A DNA stretch of 64,000 bases, taken from positions 192,920,948 to 192,984,947 of the forward strand of contig NC_052154.1 in the NCBI RefSeq assembly GCF_902713615.1, read 5' to 3'. The first letter of the stretch is position 1. Each line of letters starts with the position of its first letter. The stretch is from Scyliorhinus canicula (lineage: Eukaryota). This document shows positions 39,457 to 54,800 of the stretch, piece after piece. A program made the position numbers and the translations under genes. The notes under the pieces are model-generated. The model was not told where the DNA came from. It was given only the letters and a program-made list of their open reading frames with translations, and did no database searches.

Positions 39457-39995
39457 GGCGGCACGGTGGCACAGTGGTTAGCACTGCTGCCTCACAGCTC
39501 CAGGGACCTGGGTTCAATTCCGGCCTCGGGTGACTGTCTGTATGGAGTTTGCACTTTCTCCCCATGTCTGCGTGGGTTTCCTCCGGGTGCTCCGGTTTCC
39601 TCCCACAGTTCAAAGATGTGGATTGGGGCAGCACGGTAGCATTGTGGATAGCACAATCGCTTCACAGCTCCAGGGTCCGAGGTTCGATTCCAGCTTGGGT
39701 CACTGTCTGTGCGGAGTCTGCACATCCTCCCCATGTGTGCGTGGGTTTCCTCCGGGTGCTCCGGTTTCCTCCCACAGTCCAAAGATGTGCAGGTTAGGTG
39801 GATTGGCCATGATAAATTTCCCCTAGTGTCCAAAATTGCCCTGAGTGTTAGGTGGGGTTACTGGGTTATGGGGATAGGGTGGAGGTGTTGACCTCGGGTA
39901 GGGTGCTCTTTCCAGGAGCCGGTGCAGACTCGATGGGCCGAATGGCCTCCTTCTGCACTGTAAATTCTATGTAAATTCTATGTAAATTCTATGTA
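39457..39995 (+). mobile_element. Two tandem HE1-like SINEs
   Basis: Heads at 39457 and 39626; (AAATTCTATGT)n tail. Confidence 0.85.
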
Positions 39996-40956
39996 AAACA
40001 GGATTGATGCTGGTTTCTTTGTATCGGCAACAAGCAAAACTAAATTTCTGTTTCACGGCAAGTCGACGAGTGTTTTGTTTTACACCGTGCAGTTAGAATA
40101 AAAATACAAGGAGCAAAATATCTATTACCTTTGAAAGACAATGAATTAATTAAACTCATTCATACAAACTAAAGAAACTATTTTCACCTTGTTCTTCTTA
40201 ACGCCCATTCCAAAACTAGTTCTCAAGAAATGAACTTGTATTCTCTTGGTCCTGTCTTAATTTAAAGTAATATCTGATGAACAAAACCATATATTATGTA
40301 ACACATTCTAGGGTAACTTGCGATGGGCAATAAATGCAAGCCCAGCCAGTGATGTCTTCACAACCTATAAATGAATTTAAAAAAAAATGATATAGCACAG
40401 TAAGGTTTCCCAATATTCTTTCAATGTTGTGGAATTTAAGTTTATGCTTTCGTGGCCTATCTCTTTTTCACCTGAGATTAGTCTCATTGCTTCTCCCTGC
40501 AATGTCTCCAGGTTTGCATGTTTTTAACGAGAAGGCAACTGGAGAGCTCCAGCACAACCTCTGGAGATTGGCCTGATGTGTATTGTTAAGCAATCTATTT
40601 ACTTCTTTGATTGCCTTGAGGTATAGTGCAGTCATCAAAGGTAATGAATCAGCCATCATTCCCGGGCTTTCTCTGCCCTTACTGAGCAGTAGGCATGGTG
40701 ACAAGTCACCAGGGAGGTTGCATAAGTCAAGGAAAGTCAGCCATCCCATAGACTCAATCAATGCTAGGCAACCGGTGATATTTTTAGATGCTATGGATTT
40801 GTTTTTGCTGTAAAGACTCTTTATTTTCACTTGTAGTTGAGCAGGTTTTTGTACCACGTGGTCATCTCTCATACAGCAATTAAATAGAGTAGCAATTAAA
40901 TTGTTTCTGGGTATCCCTGTAACATTGATTGCTGTGGATTTTTCTATTACAATTCT

Positions 40957-41185
40957 TTTTTAAAAAATAAATTTAGTGTACCCAATTCATTTTTTTCAAT
41001 TAAGGGGCAATTTAGCGTGGCCAATCCACCTAGCCTGCACATCTTTGGGTTGTGGGAGCGAAACCCACGCAAACACGGGGAGAATGTGCAAACTCCCCAC
41101 GGACAGTGACCCAGAGCCGGGATCGAACCTGGGACCTCGGCGCTATGAGGCTGCAGGGCTAACCCACTGTGCCACCGTGCTGCCA
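40957..41185 (-). mobile_element. SINE, A-tail type
   Basis: Perfect 16-bp TSD TTTCTATTACAATTCT at 40941-40956 and 41186-41201. Confidence 0.9.
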
Positions 41186-43086
41186 TTTCTATTACAATTC
41201 TGATGGTTGAGTGTTCAATGATAGTCTTTCTCTTGACTATTGGTAAGTGGCATTCACTGGGAAAATAAGAAATAAATGGGAACTCGGAGGAGAAGAGGTA
41301 TAATTTCCTAAAAAGGGCTGAAAGGCTGTGATGAGACTGAAACCTTGAGTGAAGAACATAGACATTCTTGGCTTGAGTTTCTGTTGGGAGAATAGAGAAC
41401 AAAACGGAGTATAGACGTGTTTTTCTATTCAGTTTTCATTACTTTGAAAACTATTCTCCCCTTACTCATCCTTGGCCTCCAGCTTGTAATGTGCTTCCAG
41501 AGATGCTGGGTACTCTATACTATTTCATCCATGGCTAGTACAAGTCTATAAGCGGCATTTCTTCTGGGCCAATAGCCACATATATACACTTATACACTAA
41601 GAACTTGAAAGTGTCTTTAACAAAGCGAAGGGTTGTTAGTCTGTGGAACTGTCTTCCCCAGAGAGCAGTGGAGGCTAGGTGATTGAATATATTCAAGGCT
41701 AACTTAGCGAGACTTTTGATTGACGTGTAAAGCAAGGGATGGATTAGGGATGGATTTGGGGAGATTGGGGGGGGGGGGGGGGGGGGGGGTTTGGACGGGA
41801 AGAGAGACATGTGGAGCTGAGACCACAATTAGATCAGCCATGATCTTATCGAATGGTGGAGCAGGTTCGAGGGGCCGAATGGCCTACTCTGTCTTCCAAT
41901 ACGTTTGTGCTTGTGTGAAACATAGGAACAGGCGTAGGCCAATTAGCCCCTGAGCTCTCTTCGACCGTGCAGTGCGATCAGGCAGATCTGTGATCCCAAG
42001 ATGCTCCACAGGCGCTGTATTGACGTTTGACACCAAGTCAAATGACATATTAAGGTAGATGACCAAAAGCTTGGTCAAGGAGTAGGTATTAAAGGAAGAT
42101 AAAACATTGGAGAGGTTCTGGGTGGGAATATTAGAGCTTAGATCCATTGCAGTTGAAGGAATAACCACCAGTGGCAGAGCAGTTAAAGTCCGAGATACTC
42201 AAAGAGGCCAGAATTGTCTGGGATGAGAGGTTACGCGGTGGAGCAAAGCAGTGAGGATATATTAATTTAAAAAATTCAAGTTACTTGGGTGGATGTTAGA
42301 TAATGCGGATTTTAAATGAGAGGTGGAATAAGGTTGGCTGCTCGAAAGAGGAGAATGTGCCAAAGGAACAACGTGACAGTGACCGAGGAGCTGGAAAGCT
42401 TTCTAATTCTGAGAAACTGGGGTGCAGTTAAACCACCTTCCTGATGCCTCATTTATTGTTCTTCATCTTATTGCATTTATATAAATTATCAAACCAAGTA
42501 TATCAGTCTAAATGTGCTAACCATTCGATTGGAGAGTGATGGACGTTGCGAAATGCATTAGTAAGCAGCCCTCGCCTGAATGTGGCTTATATCATCTACC
42601 TGGCCATAACGAGAAAGGAGGATGTCAGAAAGGTCACATTATTAGTCGTTTGCCGTACATCTATCTCATCATTGAACAGCTGAAGCGATTGAGCTTCGCT
42701 TATAGCTGGTACAGAGGACCAAAACCCATTGAGAACAGCTGGGTCAGCAGAGGGTGAGTTCTGGTCGATGTATATGGCTCAGCTACCTAATGCTCTTACT
42801 GGCTGAGCCGATTCAGGAGTGGAGCTGAGCAGTGGTCAACCTTAATTTAAATAGGCATAGATGTATCACTAAAGGTGTTTGGTGTCTTGGATGTCACCAA
42901 ATTTGGTTCCGTTTTAAAATGAAGTATTTTCTCATGTACCTTTTTAAACAAAAAACGACAAGTCCAAACTTGATTATGTGAATCAGTTAAACTGCTTTTA
43001 CAATCGACACTGTGTAATATATTGGGACGTGATTTATCGCAATAGGTTGAGACTGTCTACTTTGGTGACAGATTCCACATCACTGG

Positions 43087-43438
43087 AATCATCAAAGAAT
43101 CATAGAAATTACAGTGCAGAAGGATGCCATTCAGCCCATCGAGTCTGCACCGGCCCTTGGAAAGGGCACCCTACCTAAGCCCCACACCTCCATCCTATCC
43201 CAGTAACCCAGTAACCCCACCTAACCTTTTTTGGACACTAAGGGCAATATAGCATGGTCAGTCCACCTAACCTGCACATCTTTGGCTGTGGGAGGAAACC
43301 GGAGCACCCGGAGGAAACCCACGCAGACACGGGGAGAACATGCGGACTCCGTACAGACAGTGACCCAAGCCGGCAATCGAACCCATGTCCCTGGCGCTGT
43401 GAAGCAACAGTGCTAACCACTGTGTTACCGTGCCGCCC
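43087..43438 (-). mobile_element. HE1-like SINE, CR1-type tail
   Basis: Head/core/tail recognisable. Confidence 0.85.
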
Positions 43439-43570
43439 CAGTGTTAGAAGGTTGTTTCCAATATTAAGCTAAATTTGAGAAATTATACCCTATGCTTATT
43501 TGTCACTCCAGCCAGCTCCAACCCTGTGAAACGTTACCAGATTTGCTAGGTCTGACTGCAGGAAGATGTG

Positions 43571-44164
43571 GGGCTGGATTCTCCGCATCCTGATGCTGAA
43601 ATTGCGGCCGGCGCGGGGCCGGAGAATCCAATTTCCTGCACGGAATCGAGACCAGCGCCATTCTCCGGGCCCCGAAAAGCGGAGTATTCTCTGAGTATGC
43701 CATGCCGCCTAGCACCTATTGTTGAGGCCCACCCCGCCATTTTCCGCCTCCGACCGGCCGAATTCCCGACGGCGTGGACCACTCATGGTCCTACCGTCCG
43801 TGATACCCGTGTGATACCTGGTCGGGGGTGGGCCAATCGGAGGGCACGGGCGGCCTTCTATGGGCCCGGGGTATTTTTGGGCGGGCAGTCAGGGTCGGGC
43901 ATGCGGCTGATTGGGGGGTCTTTTTCAGGGTCCCGCTCCGCGGTCCGAGTCTGCCATGGAGCACGGCGTGGCCGCTGGAAGCCGCCACCATGCGCATGCA
44001 CGGGCTCCGACCCGGAAGTGCGGGGGCCTGTATTTGCAGCAAAAGCTGCGAGATTTACGCCAGGTTTAGGAATATGTGGCCCTATCACAATAGTATTTCT
44101 GGCGTGATAGTCCAGTTTTGACACCAGCGTGGGGACATTGTCCCAATAACAGAGAATCCAGCCC
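43571..44164. mobile_element. Harbinger-like MITE
   Basis: TIR GGGCTGGATTCTC...GAGAATCCAGCCC, likely 3-bp TSD, GC/CpG-rich interior, no transposase. Confidence 0.75.
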
Positions 44165-45072
44165 CTGTTTCTTTTTGTACAATTAAATACTTTTACATGA
44201 CGACAGGCCACTGAAATACTTTTGAACTGTCGCCATTGTTGCAACGAAGAAAATGTGGCAGCTAATTTGTATACAGCAAAGTCCCACAGACAGATCACCT
44301 GTCTCAGTGATGTTGATTGAGACGTGCGGCCAGAGCGTGAGGCAAAACTTCACTACACTTCTTCGAAATAGTGACATGAATCTTTGACATCATCTAAGAG
44401 TGCAGACAAGGCCTTGGCTTAACGTCTCATCTAAAAGACTGCGCCTGCAGGTTAGGTGGATTGGCCATGCTAAATTGCCTCTTGGTGTCCTAAAGTTTAG
44501 ATGGGGTTACGGGGATAGGGAGAGGGCATAGGTAGGGTGCTTTTTCAGAGGGTGGGTGCAGACTTGATGGGCTGAATGGCCTCCTTCTGCTCTGTACTGA
44601 TTCTGTGATTCTATGAACTACACTAAAAACCTGTTTGTTGTTCAATGTAACATTTGCCAGTTAGAATGTTCTGCTTCTCAATTTCAGTCCTACACATTTG
44701 CACAATAATCAAAGTGGGAAATACAACATTGTAAACATCAGTTCTGTTCCCTCTTCTGTGTTCTGTGAGTTCAGGCACATTGAACAATGTGAGGAAACTA
44801 GCATTTTCTAAAACTAATTGACTAGCAATTCTAAAGAATAGAAAACTGTGCAGTTTAAAGATTGATGTCTGGTGAGTACCATTGCGAATCACAGTGCCAC
44901 ACACTCACATTATTGAGAAAGGGATGTAATAATAATAATCTTTATTAGTGTCACAAGTAGGCTTATGTTACACTGCAATGAAGTTACTGTGAAAATCCCA
45001 GTACAGCCTGACTAAAATATCTCTGTCTCTTTTTTAACTGAATAATTGTCTCTTACAATGACCATCCCGCAG

Positions 45073-45246
45073 ATTTTCTAGTTACAGAAGATTCAAAGGT
45101 GTGCATCATCTGTGCTGGTGTACGGCAGGCAGTGGGAGAAGTCAAAAGAAGACAGCTGCAAAAGAACATAGCTACCTTTAAGGAGATCATCCCTCAATTG
45201 GCTAAGCACAGCCCAAGTGCTGTTCTACTTGTTGTAACTATTCCAG
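45073..45246 (+). CDS. LDH-like coding exon 3 (active-site loop AGVRQAVGEVKRRQLQKN...VVTIP)
   Basis: AG/GT, 174 nt as in LDHA, phase 1-1. Confidence 0.93.
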
Positions 45247-46027
45247 GTAAAGTTTCAATTGATTAAACGTTGCTGGGTATGTCTTCATTTTGTCTTTTAG
45301 ATTACTTTAGTTTAGTTTACTTTTTTTCTATTTTTGTAACAATTAGTCTTGGTTCTTTGTGCATTCTTAGGTTTTTTTTCTCTCTGTCACTTCCTGCCAT
45401 TCTATGACCCTTATTTCCAAATTACCATGTTCCCCTCTTCGCTACTCTTGGATGTACCATATCTTTCCACATTTGATCCCTTATCCTCACTATTTAGTTT
45501 TAAACCCTCTCTAGTTCCCTAGTTACGCAGTTCACAAGGGCACTGTTCCCAGCAAGGTTTGGGTTCGCCCATCCCAACAGTACAGCCCCCCCGCTTTCCC
45601 CAGTACTGGTGCCAGTGCCCCACAAACTGAAATCCACTCTCCCACACCAGTCATTGAGCCACATATTCATCTCCAGAATTTTGTGTACCCTACGCCAATT
45701 TACACGGCAGAGATTACAACTTTTGAGGTTCTGCTGTACAATTTAGTGCCGAGCTCCTCACACTCTCTCTGCAGAACCTCTTTCCTTGTCCTATCTATCT
45801 TGTCGGTATCCACATGGACCGAGATTATCCCTCTCCCACTGCAAGTTCCTCTTCAGCCCTGAGCAGATGTCCCCGAACCCTGACACCGGGCAGAACACAG
45901 TCTTCGGGACTCAACAGTATCAAACAGTGCAGTAGATCAAGACGGCAACTCACAACCACCTCCCAAACGGCAATAAAGGATGAGCAACAAATGCTGGCCT
46001 TATGCTATGAACAAATAAAAAAAACAT

Positions 46028-46240
46028 AGTGCAGTGGGTTAGCACTGCAGTCTCACGGCGCCGAGGTCCCAGGTTCGATCCCAGCCCCGGGTCACTGTCC
46101 GTATGGAGTTTGCACATTCTCCCCGTGTTTGCGTGGGTTTCGCCCCCACAACCCAAAGATGTGCAAGGTAGGTGGATTGAACACGTTAAATTGCCCCTTA
46201 ATTGGAAAGAACGAATTGGGTACACTAAATTTTAAAAAAA
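46028..46240 (+). mobile_element. SINE, A-tail type
   Basis: Core plus AATTGGGTACACTAAATTT-A tail. Confidence 0.8.
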
Positions 46241-46590
46241 CAGGTTTGTCCACACTAGTTTATGTTTTCACCTTATCAACCCATTCCCACGATCATTGTG
46301 ATTCATTTGAATTTAGTCTTTTGAATTTTGCTTTTTGTAGGTTCCTTTTTCCTTCCCCAAATCGATGTGAATGAAATCTAAATGACAAGAGATTTATTTT
46401 AATGGTGTTAAACACTTTCCACACCGCACTCATAATTTTAAAGTTATCAATACGGTAATGTGGGTACCCTCAAATTTAATCCGAACACCTCTTTAGTCTT
46501 TAATTTAGATCTTTATTCATGCAGTTCGCAATGAAAGCAAAATGTACACACTTCAAGTGATGAATTTTACATTTAAAATTGCAGGAATTT

Positions 46591-46794
46591 AGTGCAGCAT
46601 GGTGGCACAGTGGTTAGCACAGCTGCCTCACGGCGCTGGGTCACTGTCCGTGTGGAGTTTGCACATTCTCCCCGTCTCTGCGTGGGTTTCTCCCCCACAA
46701 CCCAAAAATATGCAGAGTAGGTGGATTGGCCACGGTAAATTGCCCCTTAATTGGAAAAAATAATTGGGTACTCTAAATTTATTTATTTTTTAAA
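46591..46794 (+). mobile_element. SINE, A-tail type
   Basis: 16-bp TSD AAAATTGCA(G/A)GAATTT. Confidence 0.85.
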
Positions 46795-46881
46795 AAAATT
46801 GCAAGAATTTCAGACAACACCAAATGATAGGACAATCAACCAGAAAATTAAATATTTTTCACATGTTAATTTTCCACTTTT

Positions 46882-48405
<1,524 letters not shown>

Positions 48406-48978
48406 TAGTCTGCCAATTTGATACAATATTTATCATGGTTTTGTACATATGCCTATGAAGCACACGTGCTTTATGGCTTTGTTTTAAATGATTGATAAAG
48501 ATTGCACTTTTCCTCCTTTTCAATTTGGATGGCTGTTTTTCATACAAAACTTTGCTGAATGGTATTGCTCAAGCTTTTAATGATTAAACAGAAAAATGTC
48601 TCATTGTATCCCAGGGCTAACCCTTCGAAGAACTTCCCACAAATCGGTGTACTTCATCAATTTTTCAGCACTTAGGTACCCATCAGTAGCCACCAGTGAT
48701 AGCCACAAGATATTTCATGCTTGGAATGGACATATTTTTCTAGATGGTATAGGGTTGATGTGGTGAGAGAAATTAAGATAGAAAAAATCCGGAGCTGGGG
48801 GTGAGGTTTGGGCTCCAACATGAGGAGTGAATAGTCAGATGCTCTTTTGGATAGTCAGATGCTCTTTCCTAGGGTAGGAGAGTCAAGTACTAGGGGATAT
48901 AGGTTTAAATTGCGTGGGCAAAAGTTTAGAACTGATGTGCGAGGCAACGCCTTTTACACAGAGGGTGGTAAATATATG

Positions 48979-49325
48979 GGACTGGATTCTCCATTATTGA
49001 GACCATGTCCCCATGCCAGCGTCAAAACGGTGGAGTTTTACTCCTGCAATTCCTGCAAAAAAGTCCACAGCCGCCACTCCAGCATCCTGACAGACAATAG
49101 ATAGTTAGTTCCACGCCGTCGGGAACTCGGCTGGTCGGCAGCAGAGGATTGTTGAGCGGGCTTCTGGCAATGGCCCCCGGCAGTGCGGTGTACTCCGCGA
49201 TGACGCCAATTTTCGGTGCCCGGAGAATCGCCGAACCGGCGCCGGGCCTGATTACGGCATCAAACTGGATTCCCCGCCCCGGCGCCGGCTGTGATTTCGG
49301 CATCGGGCTGCAGAGAATCCAGCCC
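48979..49325. mobile_element. Harbinger-like MITE (shorter relative, opposite orientation) inside a CR1 3' fragment
   Basis: GGACTGGATTCTC...GAGAATCCAGCCC, TSD ATG; removing it restores the CR1 sequence. Confidence 0.8.
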
Positions 49326-50040
49326 ATGGAACGCGCTGCCTGGGAAGGTGGTGGGAGCAGGTATGATAGTAGCATTTAAGGGGCATCTTAACAAATGTAT
49401 GAATAGGGTGGGAATGGAAGATATGGACTCTAAGTGTATACTGTTTTAGTTTAGGCAGATACCATGGTCGGCACAGGCCTGGAGGGCCGAAGGGCCTGTT
49501 TCTGTGCTGTATTGTTCTTTGTATATGCAGGTGCGGAATGTCCTGTGGACTTTCCTGTGGCACTGGCCTCCTCGTTGCTGGAGGAGGTTCTGCCGGGGGC
49601 GGGGGATGTTGCTTGAGGGCGGGGTCGTTTAGAGCACCCAGTTCTTTTTTTTTCCCAATTAGGGAGTAATTTAGTGTGGCCAATCCACCTGCCCTGCACA
49701 TCTTTTGGTTGTAGACACGAGGAGAATGTGCAAACCTCACACGGACAGTGACCCGTGGCCGCAATCGAACCCGGATCCTCGTCGCCGTGATGCAGCAGTG
49801 CTAACCACTGTGCCACCGGTCATGAGAAAATGTCGGAAATGTTAGGACCATTCTCCTTGAAAGAGAAAGGTTAAGAGATGATCTAATGTGGCTTTTAAAG
49901 ATATTGACAAGAGTTGGTGAAGAAACACCGTTTCCTGTGGTGAATGGGCAATAACCAGACTTGGATTTGAAATAATTGGCAAAAGATCTTGAGGAGTGTT
50001 GAGGAGAGTTATTTTCACTTGATGGAACCATCAATTCACT

Positions 50041-50327
50041 AGACACATGTTTTAAGATATGAACAGTGGTTTTGATCTACTTACAACAGAGCCAGCCTGT
50101 TCCACGTTGAACTCTCGATGAACTGAATGACTGGCTCTGAGCATTGGTATTTATACAGCAGTCCAGGAGGAGGAGTCATGGGCGGAGCCAATGGTGGAGC
50201 CCTGTACAAACTCCTAAGCATTCCCAGCGCTGCTCCCCCTAGTGGTCGGGCAACACAACTGCGCTTATCAATGCATGGTCTCATGTATATACAATACAGT
50301 GTGAATTACGGAGTTACATTCACCACA
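50041..50327 (-). mobile_element. Short solo LTR
   Basis: 5-bp TSD TCACT at 50036-50040 and 50328-50332; TGTGGTGA start and TATAAA on minus; GC/CCAAT boxes; other end not canonical CA. Confidence 0.6.
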
Positions 50328-50872
50328 TCACTCAGAGTTGTCAGGATGAAATGTTCTACCTGAAAAGTTGGAGGGAAAAGGGAGTTGAGCGTGAGGAACA
50401 GGCCTAGTTATGGAGAAAAAGCCGGGCTGCTCTTCCGAAGACCCAGCCCAGGCAAGGTGAGCTGCTTGGCCTTTTACTGTGCTGTAAGTTTCTCTCTATC
50501 ATGATTCTGGTTTAAGAGTGCATTCAATACGTGACCAGGATGTAATCTGGTTTCCACACTTGCTAATGTTTCATCTTTCCCTTAACTTTGCAAGAGCAGC
50601 TTTTCGGATAGGTACTTATTATTAAAGAACACCATAGCAACAGGGTTAATTAAGATGATCAACCTGAGCATTACTCCCCAGAACTTGGTTTAAATGAAAG
50701 AAAGCCTTTCTTGAATGTGATGACCAATCTTTTTACTGATCGTCCAGGACGCCATCTGGTCCTTCGTCATTAGAAATGGCCCCGTTTCATTTAGTTTTCT
50801 GAGTTTTGTGCTTCACGAAGCATGAAACATGTTCCTGTAACTAATGCTGTGTTGTTTTCCCCTTTACTGCAG

Positions 50873-50978
50873 TGGCTGTTTGGAGCAGTGCAAATGTGGC
50901 TGGTGTCAACCTGGAGAAATTAGATGAAAAACTAGCAAATGAACAGGGAGAGCAAATTCATAGAAAGGTTATAGAGAG
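50873..50978 (+). CDS. LDH-like coding exon 5 (VAVWSSANVAGVNLEKLDEKLANEQGEQIHRKVIE)
   Basis: AG/GT, 106 nt, VWS..NVAGV motif, phases compatible with neighbours. Confidence 0.92.
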
Positions 50979-51828
50979 GTAAATGTTAATGACTTCTTGT
51001 AACTGGTTGCTTACAGTGGCAGATCTGTGTGCTTGTTACATTTGTGAAGATCAAAACCGATCCTTGGAGCTGGAGATAAGATGTTTAACAATCTCTTTGG
51101 TCCGCCACAGGGGAAATATTACATATTTGTTTCCTTCACAGCGATTTTCAGCTTTTAAATTTTTTTTCCCATCACAAAGCTGCTTTCGTCACCTCTCTCA
51201 CAAAACCCCAATTACAACCGTGCCTTCAACCTACCTTTCTTAATCACAGTGTTTCTTCCAGATGACTGTGTGTGTGTGTATGTGTGTGTGTGCTGAAAAT
51301 GCTGAAGCTTTGGTACTTTCCATGACTCCTGGCCTCCCTTTGATCTCTCAGACTCCTTTTCTGACATGGACAAGCGTCACCAATCTGCAGCTCAGCATTG
51401 GAGACACCAAAATCTGTTGTATGACTTGCCCCTCACAACCTGCCCTTTATCATCGACTCCATCCCACTCTCCACCACTCAGGTTGAACCGGACCATTCAC
51501 AATCGCGATGAATTGTTTGATCCAAAGTTAATTTTTTTTTTTTTAAATAATTTTTATTGAAAGAGTTTTTCCATACAAACATTTACCCCTACTAATTTTT
51601 AAATTATTTACAACACAATCCCTCTAGGCAAATGTCCCTCCCTCGCCCGCCCTCTCGCGCGCACCAGTCCTCCCCCCCCCCCCCCCCAGGCAACCTTAAC
51701 AAACAAGGCAGCCTACAGTTTCAGACATGAGCAGCGAGCAGACTTGCCCGCGTTACAGTCGTGCATGTCCCCCCACGACCCTTGCTGCCCCCCCCCCCCC
51801 GGGTTGCTGCTGCCACGGCCCCGAACGT

Positions 51829-54800
51829 CTATCTCTGATCTAAAAAGTCAAGGAAAGGTTGCCACCGCCTGGCGAATCCCTGTACCGACCCTCTCAGGGC
51901 AAATTTGATCCTTTCTAGCTGAATATAGCTAGCCATATCGTTAATCCAAGTTTCAACGCTTGGAGGCCTCGCGTCCTTCCATTGAATTAATATCCTTCGT
52001 CGAGCCACTAGGGACGCAAAGGCCAGTATTCCGGCCTCCCTAGCCTCCTGTACCCCCGGTTCTACCCCGACCCCAAAGATCGCAAGCCCCCATCCTGGTT
52101 TGACCCTGGACCCCACCACCTTCGACACCGTCCTTGCCACCCCCTTCCAGAACCCTTCCAGCACCGGACATGCCCAGAACATATGCACATGGTTCGCTGG
52201 GCTTCCCAGACATCTGACACACCTGTCCTCACCCCCAAAGAACCGGCTCATCCTTGTCCCCGTCATGTGAGCTCTATGCAGCACCTTAAATTGAATGAGG
52301 CTCAGTCTCGCACACGAGGAGGAAGAGTTGACCTTCTCCAGTGCATCCGCCCACGTCCCGTCTTCTATCTGCTCTCCCAGCTCCCCTTCCCACTTGGCTT
52401 TCAGCTCCTCCCCTGATGCTGCTTCCGCCTCCTGCATTATCTTGTAGATGTCTGATATCTTCCCCCCTCCGACCCAGACCCCCGAGAGCACCCTATCACT
52501 CGCCCCCTTACTGGGGAGCAGGGGGAACCCCTCCACCTGCCGCCTAGCAAATGCCTTCACTTGTAAATATCTGAACATGTTTCCCGGGGGGAGCTCAAAC
52601 TTCTCCTCCAGCCCTCCCAGGCTCGCAAACCTCCCCTCTATAAACAGGTCCTTCAGCTGCCGTATGCCCACCCTGTACCAGCTCTGAAATCCCCCATCGA
52701 TGTTCCCCGGGATGAATCTATGGTTCCCTCTTATTGGCGCCGCCAACAGACCTCCCATTTCCCCCCTATGTCGCCTCCACTGCCCCCATATCTTGAGGGT
52801 GGCCGCCACCACCGGGCTCGTGGTGTACCTCGTGGGGGGGAGCGGCCATGGTGCCGTTACTAGGGCCCCCAGGCTTGTGTTGCCACAGGACGCCCTCTCC
52901 ATTCGTTTCCAAGCTGCCCCCTCCCCTTCCATCATCCACTTGCGCACCATTGACACATTTGCCGCCCAGTAGTACCCCGAGAGATTGGGCAGTGCCAGCC
53001 CTCCACTGTCCCTATTCCGCTCCAAAAAGACCCTCCTCACCCTTGGGGTGCCATGCGCCCACACGTAGCTCATGATGCTACTCGTCACCTTTTTGAAGAA
53101 GGCCCTAGGGAGGAAGATGGGCAAGCACTGAAATAAAAACAAGAACCTTGGGAGGACCGTCATTTTGATTGACTGCACCCTCCCCGCAAGCGACAACGGT
53201 ACCATGTCCCACCTCTTAAATTCCTCCTCCATCTGTTCCACCAGCCTGGAAAAGTTCAACTTGTGGAGGGTCCCCCAGTTCCTTGCCACCTGCACCCCTA
53301 AGTACCTAAAGCTCTTTCCTGCTCGCTTGAAGGGGAGTCTCCCAATACCCTCTCCCTGGTCCCCCGGGTGTATCACAAAAACCTCGCTTTTGCCCAAATT
53401 TAGTTTGTACCCCGAAAAGTCCCCAAACTCTGCTAATAGTTCCATTATCTCCGGCATTCCCCCTTCTGGGTCTGCCACGTACAGCAGTAGATCATCCGCA
53501 TACAGCGATACTCGATGTTCCTCCCCTCCCCTAGTCAGTCCTCTCCACCCCCCTGAACCCCTCAGTGCCATCGCCAACGGTTCAATCGCCAGTGCGAAAA
53601 GTAGGGGGGATAGGGGACATCCCTGCCTGGTCCCTCGGTGGAGCCCGAAATACTCCGACCTCCTCCCGTTTGTCACTACACTCGCCGTCGGGGCCGAGTA
53701 GAGCAACTTCACCCACTTAATAAACCCTTCCCCAAACCCAAACCGTTCCAACGTCTCCCACAGGTACTCCCACTCCACCCTATCGAATGCCTTCTCCGCG
53801 TCCAGCGCTACCACTATCTCAGCCTCCCCCTCCACTGCCGGCATCATAATTACATTCAGCAGTCTCCGCACGTTCGTGTTGAGCTGCCGCCCCTTCACGA
53901 ACCCCGTCTGGTCCTCATGGATTACCCCTGGCACACAATCCTCTATTCTAGCTGCCAGGATCTTTGCCAGCAACTTGGCATCCACATTCAGAAGCGAGAT
54001 AGGCCTGTAGGACCCGCATTGCACGGGGTCTTTATCCCGCTTCAATATCAGGGAGATCAGAGCCTGCGACATTGTCGGGGGCAGAACCCCCCCCCTCTCG
54101 CGCCTCATTAAAGGCTCGTACCAGTACCGGTCCCACCAAGTCCACATTTTTCTTATAGAATTCCACCGGGAACCCGTCTGGCCCCGGCGCCTTCCCCGCT
54201 TGCATCTGACCTATTCCCTTGACTAGCTCCTCTAGCCCTATTGGCGCCCCCAGCCCTTCTACCAGCCCCTCCTGGACCCTTGGGAACCTCAATTTGTTTA
54301 GGAAGTCCTCCATTCCCCCTCTCCTCGTCGGCGGCTCAGACCGATACAACTCCTTGTAAAAATCCCTGAAGACCCCGTTCACTTCTTGCCCCTTCTGCAC
54401 TACCTTCCCGCCCCTCTCCTTCACTCCCCCAATCTCCCTAGCCGCATCTCGTTTGCGAAGCTGGTGTGCCAGCATCCTGCTCGCCTTTTCCCCATACTCA
54501 TAGACCGCGCCCTGTGCCCTTCTCCACTGCGTCTCTGCCTTCCTGGTGGTCAGCAGGTCGAACTTGACCTGCAGGCTGCGCCGTTCTCCCAGCAGCCCCT
54601 CCTCTGGTGCCTCCGCATATCTCCTATCCACTTCCAATAGCTCCCCCACCAGCCTCTCCCTCTCCTGCCTCTCCTTTCTTTCTCTGTGCGCCCTTATGGA
54701 GATCAGCTCTCCCCTGATCACTGCCTTCAGGGCCTCCCAGACCATCCCCACCTGCACCTCACCCGTGTCATTCAAGTCCAGATAGCTCTCAATGCTCTTC

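Noticed and set aside
43503-44298. Multiple overlapping GC-rich ORFs / apparent CpG island
   Set aside because: Interior of a TIR-bounded MITE
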